A DNA stretch of 63,320 nt, filler included, from Syncephalis fuscata S228 (taxonomy: Eukaryota > Fungi > Zoopagomycota), in NCBI GenBank assembly GCA_025786725.1. It is 4 parts of 4 records of this genome, joined end to end, with 100 filler letters (N's around TTAATTAATTAA, not from the genome) between each part and the next. Parts side by side here need not be neighbours in the genome. Positions count along the whole stretch, not along the records: positions 42,859 to 58,028 come from JAHLTZ010000223.1; positions 58,129 to 63,320 come from JAHLTZ010000339.1; 2 more parts are not named here. The stretch is one strand, 5' to 3'. Below are positions 51,463-63,320 of this stretch, piece by piece. Made by a program: the position numbers and the translations under genes. Position 1 is the stretch's first letter, and every line of letters starts with the position of its first letter. The notes beneath the pieces were generated by a model that made no database searches, was not told where the DNA came from, and saw only the letters and a program-made list of their open reading frames with translations.

Positions 51463-52366
51463 ATGGAATACGTTTATCGGTTAAAGCGTGTCTGTATCAC
51501 TATTCTTTGTTGTGGACAGGCGGGCACCGACACTACTACAGTAAGTGAAATGACCTTCCATACAATGCTTTAAGCTTAAACGTAGCACAATAGCCAGATG
51601 AGCAATGCGGTCTACTTGAACAAGGACAGCAGCACCCGCACCAGCATCAACATGGCTATGATAGCCTTGGTTTGTAAGTGCTGTTTGATGCTGTAACCGT
51701 GCTCTGTATTTATAGTAAATGTTATAGGAACGGCATGAATGCCAACTATCCTTCTCAGCAGGCATCGGCCAGAAGAATCAAGCTATGGAGCAGGAAACGC
51801 TACGTAGAATTGTTGAACGCACAGCCGAGTAAGTAGTAGAATAGTGGCTATTTGTTTTACTGAATCCAATCCATTAATTAATCATGGTATGTTTACTGTG
51901 TTGTATAATAGAAACTTAATCGATGTAACAGGCGCAGGAATGGAGCGATTACAACAAGCGGATCTAGCCGAACGTACCGATGAATATCAGTAAGTTAAAT
52001 AACCACCCATCCAATTAGTAGTCTATTTAATATAACGTGTTTATTAGAGGTGTGGTGGGTCGAATGGGCGAATTAGATGAGGCCAGTCAACGTTTAATGG
52101 CCCTTCCCTTACCAGGATCTATGGCTATTAATGACATCTTTAATGATTCTACACCTGCCATTACTTCCACACATACTACCAAGGTAGGATAGATGCTTAT
52201 AGAGAGATGCATGGTGGTTCATGGATATTAATAGCCAACCAACCAATCTGTATCTTTATTTAGATGCAACAATGGTCTGAAACAAGTAGAAGAAGTAATA
52301 AATAATACACAAGTAAACTACATAGGCGAGATGGTTGTATCGTTGACTTGGACCATTACCGAATAG
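51463..52366 (+). CDS. LAMTOR1/Ego1(Meh1)-like protein, spliced, with apparent indels
   Basis: N-terminal ILCCG, EQCGLL dileucine-like, EQETLRRIVERTAENLIDV signature. Confidence 0.65.
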
Positions 52367-53992
52367 ATGACTAGTCTTAAAGTCTAGGCCTTTATATTGA
52401 AATATATGATCTGTTTCCTTTCTATTTAATAGGAACACGCTATTATTATTTAATACTATTATAGTTATCTATAGTTTATACATTCTAAAATATACAATTT
52501 ATTTACATTTTATGGCCTTGGCTATTGAGATACACAGATAGTAAAAGATCTACTAGAGATTTGCATTTCTATAGGTCTATTTACATATTACATAGATACA
52601 TAGATACATATCAATGACAGTTTACAGCAAACGTAGTTTATAGATACTAACTAATAAATACACTCATATACACCTACCTACATATCTGTATGCATTCAAT
52701 GTGTCATAACAGCTCTTATTCAGTGTTACAGTATTTATTCCATGGTAATTCACATGTATTCGGTGTTTTATTCTGTTTTTAGTCTATTCATTGTATTTAT
52801 CCCTTATGGGTAAACAGAAAAAGAAAACCTCTGGCTATCATCTATATTTGGATGCTAAGTCTCGCCTGTACAAACTTGACTTTGCCTAGACCGGGCTATC
52901 TCCACTAAGAATACTAATACCGTTACAGGTGGTTGGTTGACTCGAACAGGTAAACCTTTTTCTTTCTCTATTTCACGATTTTACTGAGCTCTGACAAGCA
53001 ACAGCAGCAGCAGCAGCAGTAGTATAGTAGTAGTAATAGGAGTGTACACACGCCAGGAGGATTCGGCCTCGTTTTATAACAACGACAACGACAGCGGTGA
53101 TAGCTTTGTTGTTGTTTCTGCTCTCTCTCTCTTTCTTTTCTTTAAGACACCTTTTCGCACCACTCAATACACTCCTTTTATTGTTTTACGCTCAAGCTGT
53201 TCCTTGCTTTGCGACGAATTTACAAGACGTAGAATAAACCACACCACCTCAAGTAAGCTGGCAATTGGTAATAATAGTGGTAGTGGGTGAGATGGCCTAA
53301 GATCGCTCTTTATTTGTATGCAAAGAGATAGTAGGCGACCAACGGCGTTAACTATACTGCTTGGTCAGCGTATTGGTGTCACAGCCTCGATGTTTATGCT
53401 TATTGTGGCATGTAAAAGAAACGAGTCTTGCTAAAGCACTGTTCTACCGTAATGGAAACAGCGTCTCAGTATAACTAGTCTGTATGGCCTATCATTGATA
53501 GGTGTATCAGGTTAATAATAACAACAATAAGGTGGTTAATGTGGTTGATGTGGTTAACATAATCAATCACTGTAAATGGTCGATATGCCTGTATGCCAAG
53601 TAAAATAGAGGCCACTTTTCTAAGGCATAGCTCATCATCTTTCCTTGTGTCTAACACTATTTTTCTTTTATTTGTCCTTCTATAGGCCTGCTGTTTTACT
53701 AGCAACCATATTCTTCGTAGCCTTTACTCTTGCTCTATCTTGCTCATAGTCTATACGGGCAATTACATACGAATTGACAGTCATCTATAGCTATCATAGC
53801 GATAGCGATAGCAATAAACACCACACCACACCACCACCACCACCACTTAACAGGTTTATTACTTGACCACTATCCTGTGGTAATCACAGGTTAACGGGAA
53901 AGCCGGCTCTTAAACCCGTTGACTTTTCAATTCTCAATCCAGTGATAGTAATAACTATAGTATTGCACTGTAGTTAGTACAATAATATCACT

Positions 53993-55417
53993 ATGGACAA
54001 AGTAAGTAGACTAATGCCCATATTGGATATTTATACTAATAGTTATTTAATCGATATTAATGTTGTCTAGTTTGCCCGTTCAACTAATTCACGTGCCACA
54101 TTGGCACTGATCACATTTCAAGCAGTGGCAGTCATTGTTTGTGAATGTATATTCTTTCACTTTCTAAGCAGTGGTGCAAGCAATTACAAAGAAGATAAAG
54201 GAAAGGGACTGCCTACTTATTTTGCTATCTTTTTAGCTGCACAAATATTTCAACTAGTTTTAGTCGCTGATGCGGTAAGTGGATAGATAAATACACAGTA
54301 TATTGAATATGTATTACCATTTGATATAGATCCGTATGCAAAATACTATTCAAATTATTGGATCTTTTGCATTTAATATATGCTTATTCACTTACTCAAT
54401 ACTTCAATACTTTCAAATCGATTCGGTGTTGAATGAAATTTCCAGTAGTACGGACAATGAGAAATTGTGGAAATTGTGTCAGTCATTGTTGATCCCGGTA
54501 ATTTTGGTGACGGCCATATGCCAAATAATCTATGGATGGTTGGCATTTAGACTGTATCAAGAATTTGGTTGGACTATTTACAAAAATATTGGTGCTGATT
54601 TACAAAAACGACGTACGTATATATGTATATATATATTATAGACTATATTATAGACTATTAAATAGTAATAACTAATCTATTTACTATTTATATAGGCATG
54701 TACCGTGACTATCACATTTGTATAATGGTCCTTAAATTGGATTTCTTCTTCTTTATGGGATTTGGTATTCAACTACTTGTTTTAGCCATTGACAGTCAAG
54801 TCTATGAATATGTTCTTACGATTGCTGCACTGCCTATATCGCTACTGGCTATTATGATGGCCAACTACGCACTGAAACGAGAGAAGAAAAAGACAATGAG
54901 GGTGTATTTGTATGTTTGCTAGCAGCCAGTGCCTATTTCATTGCCAAAATCTATATTATCTGGAAGCCAAGTAATAAAGCCAAGTATGAGCTAATTAAAA
55001 AGTACTTGACATCATTTGGTAAGTTATATATTATACGATAAATACACTAGTTAACAAAACAAACAAACAAACAAACAAATAAACAAAACAGCGGTATTAG
55101 CACTATTAGCCGTAGTAGCCACGATTGCCATTAGCATTCGTTGTTATAAAAACTTTGGTCGTGGTCTAAGACCTTACTGTAAGTGGCCCTATTACTAATC
55201 CATTACATAATAATTAACTAAATAATAACGCTATAATAACGCTATAATAATAGTAATGCGAGAAAGTAACAATATTGAAATGATGCAACCGGGAAGAACA
55301 CGTATAGTCCTTGAAGAAGAAGACGATGATGATTATGAACTGGACGGTACACACTCTCCTAACAGTACACGTCCATTTGCATCACGACCAGCCAATGTGC
55401 TTAGTATGCAATTATAG
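53993..55417 (+). CDS. UPF0658-type multi-pass Golgi membrane protein, spliced
   Basis: LPTYFAIFLAAQIFQL..DA..NTIQIIG, LYQEFGWTIYKNIGAD, LKLDFFFF, NFGRGL. Confidence 0.8.
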
Positions 55418-56706
55418 AAACAAAAAAGGATAGTAATAAATGAAGATAATAGTAAATGGTTATCATTGTGCCATTACTATTGTCATCATTTCAATCTTAT
55501 AAATTTAATTTCAGATATCCTTTTATTATTATTCCAACCGATATGGTTACATTCTGTTGCGTATGCCTTTTTGTTATCTCTTTTCCGTTTGATTCTATGC
55601 ATTTGTTGTCAAGCCTATATCTTGGGTTTATGACGCTAATTTTGATTCTACTCTTTTTCTTTGTGACCAGTAAAAATTTGATTACTGAATAATAAATAAA
55701 ATTGCTTAATGGCTATTTAAATAAAGCGTTTAAGTAGTATAGCTATATGAATGATGCTGATTAATAAGTCAATGGGTTACACATTTCATTTAAAGCATTT
55801 TGTAATATACATTATAATATATAATATATATTATATAATATATATTACATGTATAGATAATATACCAATTATTTCTAGTTTTATTTATTGATTTACCTAA
55901 ATGATATCGCTAGTTTAAGTGTAAGTGTGTGTGTGTATGTGTGTGTATGTATGTATAAGACCTCCCTTTGACTTTAAACTATTATTTCTACTACGACTTT
56001 TACACTTGTATCGCCATTACCTGGGAACGACACGCCTTTTGTTCCTATCTACCAAAGAGTTTATTCAAGCTGTCATTGTTTCTCTTTGCTTTCACTGTAT
56101 ACACTGGAGTGATAACACTGTTTATACATTGCTTGGTTCATCTATGCTACGCTTTAGTTGAATCATCCCTTGGTAATAATAAGGCAAGTACACTATACTA
56201 TATATATATAGTTGGTATAATCCTTTTAGTTTGTTGAACGACCAACTACAACCCAACCCACCTAGTATTGCAGTCAACATCGCTTACTGATTAATAACAC
56301 TTGTCCTGCACTGATCGCGTATCTATTATCTATTTTTATCTTTTAATTTCTCTGTCTCTGTGTATGGGCAGTGATTATTTACCTATTGAACCTTCGTAAC
56401 CGGTCACCGGTATTTCGTTTATATGCTAACTATTACTGTGCCTGACGTCAGTCTATGGATGACTGTTGCTACATGGATGAGTCACATTGTGGGTTGTTTT
56501 CTTTACAGTGGCATATACGCTTATTTGCTCGTTTGTTTGTTCACTAGGTGACTAAGCTACGCTATGCTTTCTTGACCACCACTCTTTATTGTATACACAG
56601 CGACCGTATCGATTATTTCGTCTCTACTATTAGCGTTTATTGACTAGTAGTATTACTGCACTGCATTAACTTTTACCGCAGCTTCTTTTGTAGTAGTCTA
56701 TTCGCT

Positions 56707-58028
56707 TTGTTGTACCATTATTGCGTTCACTTTTCATTCGCAGTCATTGACCTGCCAGTCATTCTATTGTGTTCGTATTTGACATTTACTTTATTGTATT
56801 TATATGCGGCGTTCTTATTCTTTGAAAGTAACGGCGACGGTGACGATGACAGTCATTATCGGCGTGATCCAGCAAGCTTTAATGTAGAAAGTGACCATAG
56901 TGGTCCAATTTACGATGGATATATGCCACATAGTAATATGCTTTTCTCCTCGCATTCATGGCTATCTCGTAATGTATTGGATGAAATACGGCCACCTCGT
57001 CTAGAGTTGGGAGATTTAAACGATTCTGAATCTTTACTAACATCCATGGCAGCATATATCCAATCCCCTACTACTACTACTACTACCGACGCATCTGAAG
57101 ACAATCCCGAGAATTATCCAGTTATAAATAGTGATAGTAGCGAACAATCAGCATTGGCGAGTGATCGATTTGTTCGTGTAAATCCCTCAATAAATAACAG
57201 CAGCAATAGTTATTGGCGTCGTCAAAGTGGTCATCGCTTAGAAGTCACTATGTCTTCGTCGACACCTTCTACTTCTACTTCTACGTCACCACCACAGCCA
57301 CCTTCATCTTTAAGCAATTATTCAGCGAATACACTATGGCCTGGTCTATTATCTCCTGATGCATCTATTCATTCGAAATCCACAGGCCCGTGAACAAACA
57401 TTGGCCGGCGGAAGCGGTATTGAATATAACAGTCCAATATCGATGGCATCAGCTGGATTAACCAGTTTAGTAGCACCAGATACTAAAATACGTAAAGTAA
57501 GCACTTGTATTTGTGCTATGTACTTAATTGTATCTAATGAATGGATTTAGACGACTGCACCATCGTTTGTTCCTGATTATTTACTTGATACTGGCTATGC
57601 AGCGCTTGTAGCTACTAAGCAACAGCAACAGCAACAGCAACAGCAGAAATCCTCACCGTCTTCACAACTCTCTTTTGGTGCATCCTTCGGTGGATCTATA
57701 GGCAGAGGTATTCCTGGTCACTTTGATACCTCTAGTAATACGGGTCGTACATTGCCTAGTCTATCGAATTCATTAAATGATAGTAATAACAGTAATAACA
57801 GGCGCGATTCATTAAGACCACCCACTATATGGAACAGTAATGATCGATGTCCTTTATTGGATGTTTCGCGTGATGGATTAAGCGTAACTTATATTGGTAA
57901 GTTATTATATATATATATATATCTACGCTGAATAGTAAATATTAATGAGTAGTTAGGTTCTGGCAAGTCAGATAATGATGCGGCAGCGTTACGTGCAAAT
58001 CGCCCAATGCCTGTACAAAGCAGGTATT
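56707..58028 (+). CDS. RanBP9/10 (Gid1-like) SPRY protein, truncated by the gap; start uncertain
   Basis: PTIWNSNDRC..LDVSRDGLSVTY.G.GKSDNDAAALRANRPMP. Confidence 0.7.
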
Positions 58029-58128
58029 NNNNNNNNNNNNNNNNNNNNNNNNNNNNNNNNNNNNNNNNNNNNTTAATTAATTAANNNNNNNNNNNNNNNN
58101 NNNNNNNNNNNNNNNNNNNNNNNNNNNN
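58029..58128. other. artificial contig linker/gap
   Basis: N44-TTAATTAATTAA-N44. Confidence 0.95.
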
Positions 58129-58542
58129 TGGTGGTGGCAGAACGGTGGACTGGTGGTGGCAGAACGGTGAAATGGTGGTGGCAAACGGTGAAATGGTGGT
58201 GGCAGAACGGTGTGGTGGTGGCAGAACGGTGGACTGATGGTGGCAGAACGGTGGACTGGTGGTGGCAGAACGGTGGACTGGTGGTGGCAGAACGGTGGAC
58301 TGGTGGTGGCAGAACGCTAAATGGTGGTGGCAGAACGCTAAATGGTGGTGGCAGAACGGTGAAATGGTGGTGGCAGAACGGTGAAATGGTGATGTGGGCA
58401 GAACGGTGAAATGGTGGTGGCAGAACGGTGAAATGGTGGTGGCAGACGGTGAAGTGGTGGCAGAGCAGCGGTATTCCACCATCTCACCGTTTTGCCAGTC
58501 CACCGTCCTGCCACTACCATTCTGCCATTCCGCCATTCTGCC
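58129..58542. repeat. 22-bp tandem minisatellite followed by inverted degenerate copies
   Basis: (tggtggtggcagaacggtg[gac/aaa])n to about 58465, then ccaccatctcaccgttttgcca...ccattctgcc. Confidence 0.9.
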
Positions 58543-59239
58543 TTGACAGTCTCTGACTATCGACTATCAGTCTACATTTAAAGCATTTGCCGTTTCTTTG
58601 AAGCTACAGGTAAGCATTGTTATGTTTTATTAAATATGTATTATTGTGCGGACAAAGACGGTGTAGCACAAATAGCCATGTACGCTTTTATAATCGGCTG
58701 TTTACTATGGTAAGACAACTGGCGCTGCTATGTAATAAATACTTGCTTATTTTTACTTCAAACTACTTACCATTTAATCAACTGTTATTTTTACATAGAT
58801 ATTTAGGTATGAAGTGTTAGTGTTGCTGTTTGCATTCATGCACTGTGTTTTGTTTTCAAATAATACTAGCTTTTAAAAAGATCACAAGCCTTCTTCCTTG
58901 CCGTGTTATAATATGGAATAATATAGATTCAAATGAATGGTCAAATAAAGTGTAAAATAATGGCAATAAAGGTATAGTATGCGTATTGCACAAGCAATCA
59001 AGTAAAATATACAAACAATACGGCGAGTAACAAATAAACGAGTTTTATCAATAAGACATGATGAGTATAGTTTAGAATAGAATCAATGGATAAAATAATA
59101 GTGAAGATATACATAGACGATTAAGTAAATACAATAAATTGAACCTATAGCAATAAAGCTAGCGGCAATAAAATACCTGCTGTAAATGGGTTGTGCTTAT
59201 TATATGATCGATCGATATATGACTTAATAAATACAGAAT

Positions 59240-59395
59240 AGTAATGATATGGGTGGATAGAAGGCATATGCATACTAAATACTAAATCTATAATGACGAG
59301 TATTTTAATGGTTAATGCCATCCACCACACAGTTTCATGCTCAATAGATTGGATGTTGTTAAATTTAGCCATTTATCTTTCAAATCATACTAGAT
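59240..59395 (-). repeat. solo MITE arm
   Basis: catatgcatact...gagtatttt...caatagattggatgtt...agccattt...atcatactag. Confidence 0.7.
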
Positions 59396-59650
59396 CATCA
59401 GCAAATTGTATAACAATGCTAAACGGAAATACAGCACAGCACACATATTAGTGCAATAACATTAATAGAAATAAACTACAAACAAGTTAAGTAATTAGAT
59501 GTCATATTTATCATTAATATAAAGTATAAAAATAATTAATAGAAACTATAGATTATTATTAATTAATTACAATAAAGAATATTAAGTTAAATCATTATTA
59601 ATTAATAAAACAATCCATTTATTTAATATATAAAGGTTACAAACACTTTG

Positions 59651-62294
59651 TTAGCTATTGCCTCCGCCACCACAGCCTCCTCCGCCACCGCAGCCACCAT
59701 TACCTCCACCGCAAGCAGAAACAGAAGTGCCACAAGCACTGGCATAGTTATCATGGCAATGATGGCGATTATCTACAGTGCCACCTATATAGCCATCACC
59801 ATACGAGTGATCCCGATGACTTTCAAATGTTGTATAAACACTAGAACTCCAGCCATCACTAAACGAATTAGTCATATTACTTTCACCAGAAAACTGAACT
59901 GATCCATCGGTGCGATCAAGCATACTTGGAGCAAAACTAGGACCAGAAGCACAAGCAATCATCATTGTACCACAAGCCGTACTATATCAATATACATAGT
60001 ATTAGTATGTATCTCTTCATTAAGAATATACATTTTACTTACCGATCTCGTTCTGCTTGATAAGCATGACTTTGTTGATTAGATCTACTGCTAGACTGGT
60101 GATTATTACTATGGTTATTACCATTACTATTACCATTGCTATTACTGCTGTTGTTGTTATTGTTGTTATGCTGATTATTGCTATTTTGACAAGTAGAATC
60201 ATGATGATGATGATTACAGTTAAAATCATGACTTGTTTGAATATTGCCATCATTAGGCGTATTGTCATCAAAGTCAATGTCATTACCATCATCACCACCG
60301 CCACCATCACCATCAACCTTATTTTTATCCTTATTTTTCTTCTTGTTTTGATTCCAACCATTAGCACCAACGCCATAATGAACAAGACAGGCACCAATCA
60401 TACTATTGGCCTGAGTCTTTTGTAGTTGTTTTCTTTTGTACAAGTAATATGGCAGTCCAATAGGACCTGTATACAACACTTTAGATAGATTGGAGCGTTT
60501 TACTGCACTTTCAGATGAATACGGTTCTATCAATTCAAGCACTAACATTAGCTTTACTGTTGTCCAACTATAATATATTCTAATTACCATGAAATTGTTT
60601 ATACCAATAATCGGCCGTATTTGAATAAGATGTATCAAGCTTTTTTTCTGATATCGTATCATCATGATTCACTACTCTCCCTACTAATGTAGACGTGTAA
60701 TTCTACATTTAAATGTCAATTCATTACATATAATAATAATAATAATAACAATAATACTAGTAAATAGCTTACATGATATTTTTTAGGATGCAATTGATGT
60801 GTGTGCCAGGCCAGATCAATATCTACATAAAATAGCATATTAGTAATACATGTTACACATTATCATTTATAGTACTTGCCTAGCGTCGGCACTAAGAATG
60901 CTTTTTTTTCAGCAGCCATCAAGGCAATAAACTTGCCATAACGATCAACGCCTTTGGCTAGTACCTGAGGCTGCTGCCAATGCAAACAATTTACAATACG
61001 ACGTGTAAAACGTCGTGAACGCCGTACTGCATTAATCAAATCCAGCGAACACGGTGTACAGCTATGACATAACACCGTTAGCCAACTAGTCCAGCTACCC
61101 TATATCATGTCATCCATCCATCCGTTCGCTTACCTATTACGATATGCTGATGGAATAAGACGCAGTGTAGGCTGTCTAATCCTTACTAAATGAGTACGTT
61201 CTTTTGTTTGACGGGCCTGATTAATACGTTCATCAATCATCTTCCACGTTAATGGTTCGCTCTTTTTTGTTTCACACAATTTAGGCACGGCCGATCTAAG
61301 ATACTGTATATCTAATTTGGCCGCTTTAATATCCGGTAGACCCGTGGTATGATCCAACCATGTGCCTCTAATAAACATATTAATATTGATGACTGTATAT
61401 ACTCAATTTAATCAATTTACCGAAGCAGTAGCGACTGATTCCGTCCGAATGCATTAAATGCATCTTCAAATAACTTGGCCGATAGCGTATCCGGTGACAG
61501 TGGCACATTACATAGTGGACAGTCAAATGGTGTGGCGTGAATACGCATACTATGATATGTTTCTAGTTGCGTTTAACCAATTGCTCAATACTGATCTATA
61601 CCAATTCAACTTACCACATTTAACGGCAATAATAGATGAACAGAATGGACAAGTCATTGAAAATGGCGATTTACTGGTAAGATTAGGCGTGTATGACAGT
61701 CCCGTCAACTGCTCCCATTCTAATTGAGATCGTGAATCCACATGGAATTTGCCATCAGCATCTTTCTCCGTCTATGTCATGTCAGCTGCCTATTCTATGC
61801 CGCACTATTACTTTCTACAACACTTACCAACTGTTTTAATGGAATATTATAGGCAAGCATATGATCTCCAAATAAACGTATCATGTCCTCCATATATCGA
61901 AGCGGCGATAGCATATGTGTACACCATAACATGGCGACATCTAATAAATGACAGTGTAAGTAGTCGTCTATCTTCGATGAGTATGAATATTTGTTTAATT
62001 TACCAATAGGCGGGACTGGTATAGCATCGGGACGGCGTTTCTGTAAATAGGCTAGCCAGTGAAGATATCGCTGTTCTGCTCGCAGCAATACAATATTGTC
62101 ATCGGCATCATTCTCTAACTCCAATTCGTTGAAGCGCTGCAGTAGAATAATATGGGCATTTACTAATAGTTGAACCACTCTGTGTGTCAATAGGGTGGCT
62201 TCATGGCATTCTTCTACTTACAAGTTTCCACATTCACTATAGTGTCGACCGATGTTGTTAGAGCCACTTTAGACTCGGTTGCTACTTGACTCAT
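59651..62294 (-). CDS. glycine-rich domain-containing protein (GRDP/DUF1399-like), spliced
   Basis: RAEQRY..W, PP.DVAMLW.THMLSPLRY, RYGKF, LVPTLDIDLAWHTHQL, C-terminal ACGGG..CGGGG. Confidence 0.85.
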
Positions 62295-63320
62295 AATAGG
62301 CAATAGTACAAGGTTTGCGGAATCGATTAAAGATGCGAATTAGTGAGTTAATAAATGAGCGATTAAATAGGAAAAAGTCGGCAAATGCCATGCGAATGGG
62401 TGAGGCATGTGCTATTGTTAGCATGGCAGTGTGTAGCAACACCAGCGACAGTATCTGCTCCTTAATAGGATCGCCGTTGTTGTTGTTATATGATCATCGC
62501 TACCCTTTTGTTAGTATTTGTAGATTATATAAGTGATTTTCTATAAACATTTTACATCTTAACGTTAAGTAATAATTACCAAAGAGATTTGTTATGTTAT
62601 GATAGGATCATCACTTATGATATGGCCCAATATGGATATAATTAGATATTTTATAATTTATATTTATGCTTTACACTTATCAATACTGGTTAAAACAAAA
62701 ATAGCTTATTGATACTCAAAATATAATAATAAGCTAGAATTACAAAACTTGTTCTTTTAATTCGCATCCATATCTGTGTTAATATACACGAGGTAAATTG
62801 ACCATACGATATGGCTATTAGGGACAGCGTATATGATCACGCTGCTATTCTCTCCTTAGAACAGGTCAGCCTTGTATTATTGGTATCAGCATTAGGAGTG
62901 CGTACTTCCAATAGTCAATTGTGTAACACGGCATTATAATGCAGTGGTAACTGAGCATCTATTAACTATTGTACCTATCTATGAATATCATGCTGACTTG
63001 TAAGTATGCATGACAACGATGTTACACCACTATAAATAAACTATGCATGAAAATACCTTTTTATAGCAACAAATGGCAGTGATGTGCACAACAAATCTAC
63101 CAGTAAACATTCGTAATAATTTGATCTCCAATTGATACAGATTAAACAATTTAATAGCAATGCGTTATGCATTTGAATGAAACAATGTTTAAAATGGCAC
63201 AACAGTAGAGTTAATATTATCATCTCATAGCGACAAGCTATTGCATATTGATTAGTGAACATTTGAATAAAAATAATAAACTTTGCCAAGATTTTTTACT
63301 TGTTTAAAGGGCCCCGTTAA

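Noticed and set aside
31465-58128. TTAATTAATTAA motif as a biological element
   Set aside because: Identical N-flanked assembly linker at all three gaps
58129-58465. CRISPR array, telomere or His-rich ORF
   Set aside because: No unique spacers, eukaryotic context, not a recognisable telomeric unit; the ORFs are by-products of the repeat

Overview
AT-rich, intron-dense fungal nuclear DNA with 45-60 nt GT-AG introns. Gene content suggests an early-diverging fungus, probably Zoopagomycota/Syncephalis-like (inference). Four contigs are joined by artificial N44-TTAATTAATTAA-N44 linkers. Ordinary genes include an FHA-kinase, monoglyceride lipase, 7TM-like protein, aldo-keto reductase, SUZ protein, SRP receptor alpha, SREK1IP1-like, mitochondrial carrier, PPR protein, two DUF3712 paralogs, a CAMK kinase, two LPMO-CBM19 paralogs, DBP9, LAMTOR1-like, UPF0658, RanBP9-like and GRDP. 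The standout is a ~2-kb element with no credible ORF, present in three copies (5238-7260 +, 14300-16318 -, 21522-23540 +), each flanked by arms of an abundant TIR/MITE family. By eye it carries colinear, heavily degenerate signature motifs of the cytoplasmic rRNA unit in permuted, miniaturised order: 28S 3' half > 18S 5' end + 18S 3' end > 5.8S > 28S 5' part, with essentially no ETS/IGS. It has refolded into many non-ribosomal helices that show G:U bias on one strand and compensatory changes between copies. It is a candidate rRNA-derived, possibly circular or replicon-like, structured RNA. A young tRNA-derived SINE family inserts into the same MITE arms. All alignments and folds were done by eye against remembered consensus sequences; nothing was computed.
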